A stretch of DNA of 64,000 bases from Geosiphon pyriformis uo1. Its lineage: Eukaryota; Fungi; Glomeromycota. This document shows, in pieces, positions 1 to 13,900 of the stretch (the first letter of the stretch is position 1; each line of letters begins with the position of its first letter). The stretch spans positions 71,966 through 135,965 of the forward strand of contig JAAOMT010000379.1 in the NCBI GenBank assembly GCA_016748015.1, written 5' to 3'. Position numbers and translations under genes: made by a program. Under the pieces are notes generated by a model. That model worked only from the letters and a program-made list of their open reading frames with translations. It ran no database searches and was not told where the DNA came from.

Positions 1-1165
1 ATTAAAACAAGTTTAATTTTTGTTGTTGTTGAAATAAACTTTCAGGTTTCATTCAATCGAAAATATGAAGCAATTGAATTTTGAATTTGGACTTTGGACT
101 TTGTCAAAAGTCGGGAATGTTTGACAACGATATGAGAATTTGTTTTTGTGGTCTACAACGGATATACTGGAAATACAATGATCTTGAATTAATGTTGAGG
201 GGAAGGAATTCCAAAATTTTCTGATGAAACTCAAAGTATTCGAAAAATAGAAGCTGTCAGTTTTCCTTTTAATTGAACTATGGTCTTTATCAGGAACGCG
301 ATATTTACAATGAAAGCATCATGACATTTTTTTCTACGATAAAAATTCAACAATTAGAAAACTTGAATTGAATCAGTCGGTTTCCTTTTGAGATGATTTC
401 TCAAATTGACAAAAAATTAAGATTATCCATTTATGCTAGATATTGACTTTCCTTAATTTTGTTTATGTCACCCATAACCTCATTAGATGTAAAATCTAAA
501 TTTCTAGAGAATCTGAATTAACACATTGAATGCATTCTTTTGGTGCAATATTTTAAACAAAAATTTTGTTTGTGCTTTACCTAGGGCAATTAATGCTAAA
601 GCAACTTTTCCCAAAAGAATTAGGGATAGGAAAAGTTTCTCGGTATAGTTTGCATGACTGCATCCCATTATTATGAGGCAGGGATTTTTATTGGGGCTAT
701 GATTGATCCAATTCCATTGGATCCTGTAGGAACCGGGCAAAGTGTAATTTAATAATTTCCAAGGATGGCGTAACGGAACAATCTATTTTTTAGAGCTCTT
801 GGCCACCTTTATTTGTGAATAAACTTAAATTTTATTTTCACTAACTTTAAAAATTCCAAAGCAACTCATTTAAATTTTTAACGTAATGAAACTAAATATT
901 GATTGAGTTGCACAGCAATTAAGAAATATAATGACAAATTGAATTTGAGTTCATACATTCTATATAAATAAAAAAAAATCCACAAATTTGGTAAACAAAA
1001 TATTATCCTTTTTAAATATCTCAATGAGAGCAATTGCCTTGATAAGAATTTTTCATTTTAGAATTTCTGATTTTTCGTTCTTGAAATCATTTTGTATAGA
1101 ATTTGCTTTATTTTTTTTTGATAGTGAAAAATGAGATAAAAATATTTCTCCTGTTTAGCTTTAAC

Positions 1166-1221
<56 letters not shown>

Positions 1222-1228
1222 TAATAAT
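1166..1228. repeat. (AAT)n microsatellite
   Basis: Directly visible run of AAT triplets. Confidence 0.95.
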
Positions 1229-2269
1229 CATGGTGATGAAATTTAAGACTCATTTATAAAGAATTCATTATTTTTTAAGGAGGCTAAAAGGAAGCTAATA
1301 TAAATTTTCTTTATTTCCATAGAAATTGATATTAAGAATAGTATATTAATTTAGGTTTTAACAATTTAAATTATTTGGAAAGATGCTGCTTGATGAAGTT
1401 TTTCTATTCAATTATTTGGATTGATTTATTTATTGATTATTTATACGTGATTTAAAATTTTAAATGTACTATTATTTTTTTCTAGTGCATGTATATCTTA
1501 GAAAAATCTGCCCTTTGTAAAAACCTATGGAATAATAAATAATCATAAATCAATAAATGTTCAATTGAGTAATCAGATAAAACATGTATATAAGCAGGGC
1601 GTTGATTCTCAAAAATTTCATAATTATACTTTAACACAGTTTCTAACAATAATCTTAATTTCATTGGCAGTGATCCTAATATTTCCACTACAAACTCTTT
1701 CTCATTCAATATTGGCCTAAGTAATAATAAAGAATTTAGCTATAATAGACTAAATGACACTTTGTCATCAAACTACGGTGAATACCATGGAAACCAGGCA
1801 TTTAATCTACAACAACATTTCAATTATCTTCAAAAAAGTCTAAATTTAGGTGGGAGCATGAATCATTTGTCCCAAATACTCCAACAACAACATAACCCAA
1901 ATTTTCAACAAGAACAACAATAGCAACAGCAACGACAACACCATAACTCATATTCCTTACAACAACATAACCCAAATTTTTATTTAATGTTAATTCTCAG
2001 TTTGCAATTGTACAACGAGAATTAGCATTTCTTAAGCTTCTTCTTTTTCATCTTACCTTTTTCTTTCAAACTCAAAATCTAAAAAAATTTAAATAATTCT
2101 TCCTTATTGATAGTTCATACCTTTTATTTACAAAGTCATATCATTTTAACTCATTATTAAGTAATAGGTGTATAAAACAAGTGTCAAGCCATTACGAATA
2201 CATTTTTCTATTGTATTCAAATCTGTTTAATAGTTGATTATAGTAGTAAGAGAAAAATGTTATTTGACT

Positions 2270-2615
2270 TTTAGGTTACCAATATTCTAGAAAAACAATA
2301 TTTCAGCTCACAAGTACAAGCTTATGAAAGAAGTCTAAAATAATTTTGGAATTGTGACTTTAACATGGCCTCCATAATCACCAGATCTTAGTACAATTAA
2401 AAATATGTGGAAATATATCAAGTAAAAATACTTGTCCTAATTTTGTGCCACTCCTCTGTATATTCATGCAAAGAGTGCCTTTACATTGCCCAAAACTTCA
2501 CTATAGTTACATAAATTCCTAAGCGGATAATGTAACTATAATAAACTTTGACTGTATTCCTTTATTTGTTTTTTATTTAAAATAAAGGTTTAACTTGTTC
2601 TAAATACTTTGTATA
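2270..2615 (+). mobile_element. Tc1/mariner transposase remnant (catalytic C-terminal part)
   Basis: Manual translation gives IF*KNNISAH (cf. FQQDNAPxH) and GIVTLTWPP*SPDLSTIKNMWKYIK (cf. WPxxSPDLNPIENxW); a TIR-like ttgttctaaatactttg lies near 2597. Confidence 0.75.
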
Positions 2616-4434
2616 TATAATAAAGCCACATGAGTGCAGGATTCACGAATGTTTTATTCAGCAAGTTTACACCATTTACCACCAATCCAATTCTTTAGAA
2701 AAGAGAGGGTCCCAAAGAATTTTTACCTCACTACAGTGCTTTGAGTGTCAACAATGCAGCATGTGTAGTTGAGCCAAAAGCGGGGTTTGTTATTATACAT
2801 GTGTTTGGTGGAATATATAGTATTTCTCTCAAAATGTGTTCTCTAACAAATACAGTGATATAAGTTTAAAATACGAGAATGAAATTGACTTGAGATTAGA
2901 ACTATAGTTCCAGAGGAACTTAAAAATTGTTGCATATACTGTTCTCAAACTATTCTCTTAGAACCAAAAGTTTTTTTACTTGGACTGGTCCTTTGCTGAA
3001 TAGCCTCGTGAACAGCGAGGTTTTTATATTAGATAGATTTGGGAATTGGCTACAATTAGTGGTCTGTTAAGTTGTCTAAGATTATATGATATGCTATCTT
3101 GTCCTTACATAAAGTAAATGTATTCTAATTTGATTTAAGGTCATATTACAAATTTTCCTAGAATCGTAAATATAAAAGAGAATATCTTTGTATTTAAAGA
3201 ACAAGAATTACTAAATTCAAGCAGCACTTTTATGGCTTATATTTATAATCAAGGAGATAAATGCTTTCTCTTCTTTCAAGATTTTCGCCAAAAAATAAAT
3301 TATGCCTTTGACTGCTTATTAACTGAGAAATTATATAAGTGATCACTAATTATGAAAATGTTTCTCGTGCTTCCTTTCAATTTAAAAAGGATCATATTTC
3401 ATATGGCCAAAATACTATCAAATTCATCTGGTAATCTAACATTTTTAAGGAACCGGACTGGTTTCTTGATTTTGATGTTATGTCTGATTCGCATCTAGCC
3501 TCGCTTTTTGTATTTTAGATGACCGTCAATATTTGGGTACCCTTTTAGCGTAATTATCTTCAATATGATGACACAAAGCTCGACTAATCGACAAGATATA
3601 GTGAATATTATCCAAGTAACTTTTCTTTCGGACAGGTTAATGGTCCGAATATTAATATTAATTCACTGTAATATTAATTATTTCAAAAATGAAGTGAAGA
3701 ATTAAGTTATTTGAATAGTAGTATGAAATTTTTTAGTACAGCTGAATACAAAATTATTATACTATCAAGATTGATTTTTATTTGGATTAATATTGAAGCA
3801 TTCATTTTAAGATACTATTATAAAAATTTTCGTTTTATATTAAATAAATAAAGCTTATCAGCCATTGATGAAAGTAAAATCAAGCGTCAAGAAGTATATT
3901 GAGTAAATTTAGGCAAGATAGTTAGCATATAATTTAAACGTTAGCTTATTAATTGTGAATCGAAATATATTATTCAGCTTTAATGAAGACAACATAAATA
4001 ATTTATGAAGAATACTCTTATGCTCAAATAAATATTTTGTTCCATAAAATTGAAAAAATTATTAGTTAAAAAGGAAATTTTTGTCATCTAATTTCTTTCT
4101 ACATTTTCTACAGAATGTTCAAAATTCAACTGGAACTTTTAATTTGTGTCAAAGTATCGGTTCAATAATTAATTATTAGTCTCTTATTTTTTATAAAAGA
4201 AAATGCCAAAAATATGAAAGAGAACAATTAAATAAATTATTAATAAAAATTATTGAATTAAAATTATAAGAATATATTAATAAAAATTTATAAAAAAAAT
4301 TTCTACAGAAAAAATGTAACGTTATTTATTGTAATAAATTAATTTTAAACTAATAAAGTTAAATTATATAACCAAAAAAATGTTATTTGTAATATAAATA
4401 TTAAAATTAAAATTAAAAATCTTGAAAATTAATA

Positions 4435-4793
4435 TTAACGAGCGCCACCTAATAAAAGCTCTAAATTAGACGCAGCTTACGCGTTATTCTACATGTGACC
4501 AGCCACCCGAGCTAATCAAGGCTACACTACACAGACAACATGACAGAACAGCACGAACAGACTCACCTTCCTAAAATACAATTCGGAACAAAATGGCTAC
4601 GTTTCATAAAACCAAAACAAATCAACCGACCCCTATCAAACACTACTCTAAAAACGCTCCTCCTTAGGCGATAGACTCAAAGCACCCCTAACTTCAACGA
4701 CCACAAACCCTTCCGACTGGATCAACCCTCTCCTCCCACATTCAGCACGAAACTCTGAATTGGGCAACCGCGACTCCTGTGGCTAGTCAAAGC
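4435..4793 (-). mobile_element. 5'-truncated LINE 3' end (ORF2 C-terminus plus 3' UTR)
   Basis: Reverse complement contains gctcgggtggctggtcacatgtag, matching the LINE 3' UTR at ~33870 (gcccaagtggctggccacatatag); a GC/CpG-rich island in AT-rich DNA. Confidence 0.7.
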
Positions 4794-5413
4794 AAATTAA
4801 CTTTTTGATATTTATTATCACAATTGCAATTTTATTCTTTAATCTTACAATTTTAGTAATTATACATATTGAATTTTTTGATTTTTTAAATGATATTATA
4901 TTAACTNNNNNNNNNNNNNNNNNNNNNNNNNNNNNNNNNNNNNNNNNNNNNNNNNNNNNNNNNNNNNNNNNNNNNNNNNNNNNNNNNNNNNNNNNNNNNN
5001 NNNNNNNNNNNNNNNNNNNNNNNNNNNNNNNNNNNNNNNNNNNNNNNNNNNNNNNNNNNNNNNNNNNNNNNNNNNNNNNNNNNNNNNNNNNNNNNNNNNN
5101 NNNNNNNNNNNNNNNNNNNNNNNNNNNNNNNNNNNNNNNNNNNNNNNNNNNNNNNNNNNNNNNNNNNNNNNNNNNNNNNNNNNNNNNNNNNNNNNNNNNN
5201 NNNNNNNNNNNNNNNNNNNNNNNNNNNNNNNNNNNNNNNNNNNNNNNNNNNNNNNNNNNNNNNNNNNNNNNNNNNNNNNNNNNNNNNNNNNNNNNNNNNN
5301 NNNNNNNNNNNNNNNNNNNNNNNNNNNNNNNNNNNNNNNNNNNNNNNNNNNNNNNNNNNNNNNNNNNNNNNNNNNNNNNNNNNNNNNNNNNNNNNNNNNN
5401 NNNNNNNNNNNNN

Positions 5414-5810
5414 CAAATTTTATACCAGAAAATTTTTAGAAAATAGGAGTGTGTGACTTTGAATTGAAAAACCTTCAATGCATGTACGGGTTAAAATTGA
5501 CAAAAAAAATTAATAAAATCGTTCAAGACACTAAAACTTTTTTTTAAGAGCTATATACTAAAAAGGTTGCTTACAGTTCCGTGGCAAAAAAAACAGTGCT
5601 TCAAAAGGTTTTTATTGGGCTAGTAAAAAGATTGGAAAAACTTTCCAGAGGAGGTGGCACTTGCTAATATTCGTAGCATGTTTGCCTGTATTCAAGCTCG
5701 TTTAAATGCAGGAGGCGATACTACATATCAATTTTTATATATATTTTGGCATTGATATTAAGGTATTTTGAATAAAAAAATCTTCTGGGGCTGTGTCTAA
5801 AAAATTGTAC
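5414..5810 (+). mobile_element. Tc1/mariner 3' remnant next to an assembly gap
   Basis: Translation DWKNFPEEVALANIRSMFACIQARLNAGGDTTY matches the Tc1 C-terminal SMxxRxxAxxxAxGGxTxY motif. Confidence 0.7.
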
Positions 5811-8800
5811 TATATTTTAAATAACTAGGCTTGAAAGGAAATTATTTAATATTGGTACCAAACATTATTTAATTAATGAAATAATTTCAATTTTGTCGTA
5901 GTTCGACGTCACGCCTCTTTTGACCAATTTCAAACAAAACTTTCGGGCTAATTAAATTAAGTATAAATTCAAATTAAGAATTTAAAAATCCCAAAAATGC
6001 CAGAAATTTTAGCAATAACTTAAAAAAATTGTAAAAATATTAAAAAATTTGTATTCTAAAGATTTATATATATATAGCAGAAGTATTTAAAGCAAAAAAA
6101 ACAAACAAATTAAATTAAAAACAAGTTTAGTTCTATTTTTATAAAATAATTTCTATGATTAGCAATTTAATATTTAAATTTACAATTATTTAATAAATTC
6201 ATTATTTATTTTATTTAAAACTTTATTTCATAAATTTAAACTTATATTATTGGAATTTAATTACTTTTTTATTAATGCCAATAGTATTAATACAATATTA
6301 TTAATAATACTAAAATAATAGTCTTTAATTATGACTATTAAAAAAATATTAATTTTTTCTTTTCTTTTTTTGTTTTGTTTTGTGTTTATTAATTAATTAT
6401 GAAAAAAGTACTAAGATTATAATAACAAAAATTATTTGATATAAAAAATACCAAATATAGATACTATTAAAAAACTAGAATTATTTATCAAAAAGATAAA
6501 ATATATAAATTAATAATAATAATTAAAAATATGTTATTGTAAAATTAAATATATTAAATATTACTATTAATATTTTGTATAATAAAAAATAATTTAAGCT
6601 AATTTATTTTTTTGTGAATTTTAAATAAATAATTTTACAATTAAGTAATAAAACTTTTATTTAAATTTGGTTTTCTATATACATATATTATTTTTTTATT
6701 AATATTTGTTTTATAAAACAATAAAAACTATATTTTTTTACATTTTGACTTTTATAGTTACAATAATTATTGTTTTATTATTATAATTTAAAGTTTTTTT
6801 TTTGAAATATAATCTATTAATAATCTATTATAATCAGTTTTTTTTAAAAAATCACAAATCTAATAATATACAAAAAATTATTATCAAATTAGTTAACAAT
6901 ATAAATTCAATTATATTTTTTTAATTTTGAATTAACTTAAATTGAACTTTTTTATATTGTTAAATAACAAAACAGACTTAATTTTAAATTTGAACAAAAA
7001 ATTTCAGCCTTTTAAATAAAATAAAAACAAAAATAAAATAATTCAAATAAAAAACAAAACTAAATCAAGAATAATTTATTTATAATAAAATATAATTTTA
7101 TTAAATTTTACTAATATAATTATACTAAAATTGTATTTCTCTCAATATATCAATTCTTGTCAATTAAAATTAATTTTTTTTTTGATACAAATAAAAACAT
7201 GAAAATTCATCTGATATTTTATAAATCTATCTGATCATTAAAGTTTCTAAATATTTCTTGCCTAAATTTGAAAATGTGCAGATTGAATTTTTATGCCAAG
7301 TTTACCTTTAAAATTTTGAATTTTCGATTATGCCTACTTTTTTTATGGTTAGCTGGACCAAAAATAAGAATCCAATTAATTATAACTGAAAGTTTAAATC
7401 TTTACATTATATTGTTCCTAAACAAAAGAACCAATAAAGTACTTTTAATTTGTTAATATTTTTACTGTGATTACACTTTATTGAAAAATTTATATTATCA
7501 AAATGATACATAACTTTCCGAATAATAAGATGCATATGTATTGTAAATAGCCATGTTTTCTTGCTTTTAACATTAAAACTATTGACTCAAAATGGTTGTT
7601 CTTTATTAAGCAACCCAAAATTTTTTATTTTTAAATCTTTTATTTCTGATTCGAGACTCCCAATTTTTGCTGCTTTTCCCCTTTCCCATTTGAATTAATT
7701 ATACTGAATTCCACTAGAATTAAGTTGTTTAATATCTCGTGCATTTCACCTGCGATGTACTTGATTTTAAGTAAGTAGTTATTTGGAATTTATTTTAGGC
7801 CTTCAATTTCCAGAATTTGCAAAAACTCTGTTTTTAATTAAAATTTTTGTTGGATTTTATGTGTAAATGATTCAAATTTTTATTTAGAACAGAATATTTT
7901 GCTTCAAAGGTCCCCTTTTTTTTGTTTTTCAAGCTCTTTAAAAGATTTGTTTGTCAATTTTTTAATCGATTAAGTGTTTTTTGATCGATTGATTTTAAAG
8001 CCTAATGTCTTGATTTTCAATTGCTAGTTTTCCTAATGAATCTTAAATTAATAAAATGCTTTTTATTTTTATTTAGCCGGTAAAATGTAATTTTATTAAT
8101 AACGCTCAAAACTAAGTTGAAATGGTGAATAAATATATTTTAAAAATATACAAAAAGTGTTTAGTCTATTATAAATGTTAATAAGTTTTCATGTATTAAG
8201 TTTTATTTCTAGAATGTAAAGGCATTAAGCTAATTTTTTTTTTCCATCAGAACTGATAATTGATAAAATAATTGTTATAAATATAGCATAATTCTTATTA
8301 ATTAAATATTTGTTAAAGGTGTTTTTAGATCCAACTTTTATAACAACTCTTATAAAAAAATAATTCAATAATAACAAATCGATTTTAAAATATTTGGCTA
8401 AAAAAATTATACATAATTTAAATAATATTTTATTTTTTTATTCTTATAGTTCTTTAGTTTTTACAAATAAAATTATTCACATACGTGTTTTTTATGATAT
8501 AGAATAATAGAATAAATATAATTTTTTATTTAAAAATTCTGTAAGGTTTTTAAGTATTAATTTTACAAAGATTATTATTAATTTATTAAACTGTTTTTTA
8601 CCATCTTTCATTTGGCAATTTTTTGTTTAATAATCTTAGTTTTGATATATTAACTTCATTATTAATAACTTAGAATAAATTTTATTTTTTAACATAGAAA
8701 TGAATTCCAATGAAAACAAAAATTAAAAGTGTTAAAAGTTATATTATATTATAATTGAGAATAAAAAAAGTCTTAGTCCTCCTAAAAATTTCGGTTATAA

Positions 8801-9473
8801 ATTTTTTGATAGTTCCAAGCGTTTTTAGGAGAAAAAATTTAAATAATTTAGCAAGAATTGTGGAGCTTTTGGATTTCGTGTTCTATAAGATTCATTTGAA
8901 TTATTTATCTCCATGAAATAATAAAAGAATCAATCAATTTTATTCAAAAAAATGCTTATTGCGAATACAAATATTTCAATACTCTAAAAAAAGATAAAAC
9001 TTTGTATGATTCAAATGTTTATAATATAAATTTGAGGAATAAAAGTAAAAATTTTATCATTAACTTTTTATTATAGATAAAAAATTTGTTAGTAAAATAT
9101 TTTCTCTTTTAATTAAAAAAATTCTTTAACATTAAACAATCTAAAATATTTGGAAAGATGATGTAAGCATGGGAAAATGACCAAATTCACCAATTTTTGA
9201 ATAACTTATTTTAAAATGAAAAGATATTCAAATTAATTTCAAAAATGATTTGATGGTTTGAGAATAAAATAGAATAAAGAAAAAGTTTCAGTCAAGAATA
9301 TTCTGAATTTAAAATCAACAGTTTAGAAATTTCATGCTTTTCAAATAGAGGCTTTGATAATGAGAATTAATTGATCAGTCGATAAAGTGCAGATTAACAT
9401 GTGACTTAAGTATACAGCAATGTGTTAATAGCATAGGGAAAAAGACCGCACACAGACTTCTCATATTTTACCA

Positions 9474-10969
9474 ATGTCGCCCCAACAACACTTTCACGCT
9501 TTATCCAATGATTTTGGGAATTTATTTAACAGTCAGAAGTTCTCTGATATTAGAATTACAGTTGGCGAAGCGCCAAATATTACAACTTTTCGTGCTCATT
9601 CCCAAATTTTAGCAGCAAGATCACCATATTTTACTGTCGCATTCTCTAACAAATGGGTTAAAAGGGATAATAATACCATTATTTTTGCTAAACCTAATAT
9701 TTCAACTGATATTTTTGAAAAAATTATCAGGTAAGGATTTTCTTTTACTTCAAAATATTTTGAAAAACATCAAATTCACATGTCTTATTTTACTGCAGAT
9801 ACATTTATAATGGCGAGATCTCTCTTGATGAACATCAAGTACCTATTATTTTAGAATTGCTTGTTGCCGCTGACGAACTTATTCTAGAGAATCTTATTGA
9901 TCACCTTGAAGACTATTTGATTGAACACCATGCAAAAGAGCTGGAAAAAAATTTCGTCACTTTGCAAAGAACTTCATTTATGCATGACTTTTTCAAAAAG
10001 TTACAAAATTTCCGCACCGAAATAGATGCTAACAATCCAGCTATAGTCCTTAACTCGCAAAATTTTACCTCCCTTAATGAAAATTTTCTTTCCTCAATCT
10101 TAACCCTGGATGACCTAAATATAGAAGAATCTAAGATATGAGAAAAAATTGTGAATGGGGAGTTGCTAAAATTAGATTCAAATATTCAGATGAAAAAAGT
10201 TCTTAACTGGACTGATCAAAACTATAACGCCTTTAAGGAATCCATTGAAAGACTTCTACTTTTAATCCGTTTCTTTCACATATCTTCAGTTGACTTCTAT
10301 CACAAAGTAAAACTATTTGCGAGAATTCTACCTGGAACTTTATACGAAGATCTTTTACATCATTATCTCGTCATCAAAAGTCTGTAGACTGTAGGCCATT
10401 ACGTTGCTCTCGATTAAATATTGATTCAAAGCTTCTTCGATCGCATAATATAAGACAGCTTTGATCATTGGATTCAAGGCAAAGATAAAAATACTCCTTT
10501 TGAAGATCGACTTGGAAATGATTTTCAATTGTTACTTCGAGGCAGTCAAGACGGATTCACTCCAGCCGATTTTCATCGATTATGCGATAATAAAGGAGCA
10601 ACAGTCAGCGTAATCAAAGTGAAAGGAACTGGTCAGCTAATTGGTGGGTATAACCCACAATCGTGGCATTCTAGGGATGAATTTTCGGAGGGAAAAGGAA
10701 GCTTTATTTTTTCCCTTGGAGATGGTAAAGCTGAATATGTTCAACTTAGCAAATTTATTGGAGGATATGGACTTTTATGTGGGCCACATACTGGACCCCA
10801 CTTTGCAGGTGGCAGTATTTTCTTGTTTAGCAATGATTTTCAAAATAGTCCATTGTGCTATTGTGGAAAGACAAAATATTATGAGTATGCTATAATGCCT
10901 GGATCAGAAAATCTACCGGTGAATTTCTCTTTCGAGGAGTATGAAGTTTTCCAAATTATAAAAAGATAA
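9474..10969 (+). pseudogene. BTB/POZ-BACK-TLDc domain protein, pseudogenised
   Basis: BTB motifs (FSDIRITVG, FRAHSQILAARSPYF); a GT-AG intron at 9731-9798 restores IIRYIYNGEISL; BACK region; TLDc (LLRGSQDGF..FHRLCDNKGAT..IGGYNP..EYEVF). Lesions: TGG->TGA at 10139, frameshifts near 10155, 10200 and 10460, and a stop at 10385. Confidence 0.9.
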
Positions 10970-13900
10970 ATTTGTTTTATTTGATTTGATTTGATTCTAC
11001 ATATTCTGAAGACTGTAATATCTAAAAAAAATTTACTGGCAGAGTATTCTATAGCTTACTATTATGAACTTCACAATAAAATTCAAATAATATCATTTGA
11101 TCATTTTAAACATGAAAAATACTTTAGAACTTAAAATTGGTTTTAAATAAGGTAATCTCTGAATTCTAAAGTTTTATCGCAGGCTAAAATTACAAAGATA
11201 AAACGCTTTTTATCTGAGTAGCATTAAAAGATAACTTTTAAATGCATAATTTTGTTTTCCCGCCAATTAAAAATGTTAGTGTTTAGTTTTTTATTGGACA
11301 ATGAAATAAAAAAATGTACTTTGGCAAATCTTCAATAAGGAAACTTTGAGAGCATGAAGGTTTTTAATTAAATATAACTAATAAAAATATTGTATAAACA
11401 ATATTTTTTAAATTGGGTTTATTTTTTAATAAGCTCAAAATAAATAATTTTGCTTCCCTCTTATTTCATTTATAAATTCAATCAAAATCCAATATTCAAA
11501 ATTATCAGTTTGCTTTTGAAACAAAAAATTTCTTAATACAAATTTAACCAATAAAAGTTCTTAACACATGTAGATTATTCAAAATATTTTTAATTAAAAG
11601 AATCAAGTTCATTATTTATTAAAATATTATAGAAAATCTTTTTTAATGATTAAAAAAAATATTTTTATGCTCTTTTTATATATTATATTCTGAAGTATGA
11701 AAAAAATTCAATTGAACCAAAAAGCTGAATATTGCGTGGTAATTGTATTACTAAGCTTTTTTATGATAATTTAATATTTAATCAGTAATTAATTACAATA
11801 TTAATTTTAATAATTAATAATTATGTTTTAAACATAATTTTTTTAAGCTTGAAAAAAGAGTTTTTCAAGTAAATAGAATTCAACAAATTTAAAGTTCAAT
11901 TCTTCCAATTCTTTATTTTTCAATTAATTTTTTTGTTAATAATCGAATTATATGCATTCATTTTGATAACAGTGCTGATTTATTTGTATTTAACACAAAA
12001 TCTCATATTTAATTTTTAACAAAACAATAGTGAAGCTTAAGATTGATTGAAAATTTATTTTCAAGCATCTGTTAAACTTTTTTTTAAAAATTATAACTTG
12101 TAGATGGAATTCTGTATGCCTACTGTTAAATTGATAAGGCGTTTTTGGTATAAATACAACGTTGGAGGAAATCAATTTTTTAAATTATCATTATTTGGCA
12201 AAAAATATTTGCATAGAAAGTTTTTGAATAATAGAGAAGTAATTGTTTTTTAAAGGAAATAACTTATTTTGAAATATATCGCTATATATTATCTCTATCT
12301 AATGTTGAATTCTTGAAAATATTAGAAATTTACAATTAAATGTTTTTGGGATATCTGTTTATATAAGTAATAGCAGATTCAGAGAAATATAGGCTTTTGG
12401 TACATTCTAAAAATTAAATTGTAACTTTCCAAAGTACTTTCAAAATCTGATGTTTTTTATTTGAAGATTGAGAACTGTATTTACCAAAACAATCAAACGG
12501 TCAATAAAACTANNNNNNNNNNNNNNNNNNNNNNNNNNNNNNNNNNNNNNNNNNNNNNNNNNNNNNNNNNNNNNNNNNNNNNNNNNNNNNNNNNNNNNNN
12601 NNNNNNNNNNNNNNNNNNNNNNNNNNNNNNNNNNNNNNNNNNNNNNNNNNNNNNNNNNNNNNNNNNNNNNNNNNNNNNNNNNNNNNNNNNNNNNNNNNNN
12701 NNNNNNNNNNNNNNNNNNNNNNNNNNNNNNNNNNNNNNNNNNNNNNNNNNNNNNNNNNNNNNNNNNNNNNNNNNNNNNNNNNNNNNNNNNNNNNNNNNNN
12801 NNNNNNNNNNNNNNNNNNNNNNNNNNNNNNNNNNNNNNNNNNNNNNNNNNNNNNNNNNNNNNNNNNNNNNNNNNNNNNNNNNNNNNNNNNNNNNNNNNNN
12901 NNNNNNNNNNNNNNNNNNNNNNNNNNNNNNNNNNNNNNNNNNNNNNNNNNNNNNNNNNNNNNNNNNNNNNNNNNNNNNNNNNNNNNNNNNNNNNNNNNNN
13001 NNNNNNNNNNNNNNNNNNNNNNNNNNNNNNNNNNNNNNNNNNNNNNNNNNNNNNNNNNNNNNNNNNNNNNNNNNNNNNNNNNNNNNNNNNNNNNNNNNGG
13101 TTTTTTATAAGTAATAATATGTAGATAGCATAACATTCCGAATCCTATATTGGTTATTATAAAAAATAATTCATTTCTGGCAAAGTTTGTTTTATTCGAT
13201 CTTGTTGTTTTTTTAAGAGATAATATAACTTGCATTTTATAAAAAATTATATTTATCTAAATAAAACAGATAAAAATTTGAGCAAAGAATGATTTTTTAT
13301 TGATTTTAAAAATATAATTATTAACTATTATAAATAGTTATATTATTATATCTTTTTAAATAAGATTTTTAAGTATAAAAGTTATGAACTATAAAGCAAT
13401 TTCTTTACAATAAAATTTATATATAAATATATATTGGAATATTAAATAATCATTATAATTATATGAAAGATTTTAAACTAATAAATTTGCCTCTGCAAAC
13501 TTTATGCATATTTTATAAAATTTTGAGTTTATTAATTTATGTCATGACAAAAAATTTTTAAAAAATAAAATAAGTATTTAAAATTTCAAAAAAACAAATA
13601 TTTTTAATTATTCTTAATAAATTATGAAGGGCTGAATATATATTTATTGAGTTTAAATATATTATCCATGAAGAAACATTTTTATTATTAGCTATTATAC
13701 TTAGAACAAAATATCAAAACGCTAAATATAAGTTTCAATTTTTTTATCTAAGTATAATCATAAATTTAAAATGCATAATTTAGTTGCAACTATAAATATT
13801 TTATTACTGTTTTTACAATAATTATTTTGAAAATGAAATTTTTAAGATGCTTCTAATTTACAAAGTAAAATTATTAATGATTATAATTTTTAGTCAAAGA

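Noticed and set aside
1-810. Short ORFs and slightly GC-richer sequence at the window start
   Set aside because: No recognisable domain or consistent reading frame.
1484-1990. Possible HMG-box pseudogene tail (SACIS*KNLPFVKTY followed by an N/Q-rich open frame)
   Set aside because: Only a weak partial motif plus low-complexity sequence; not supportable.
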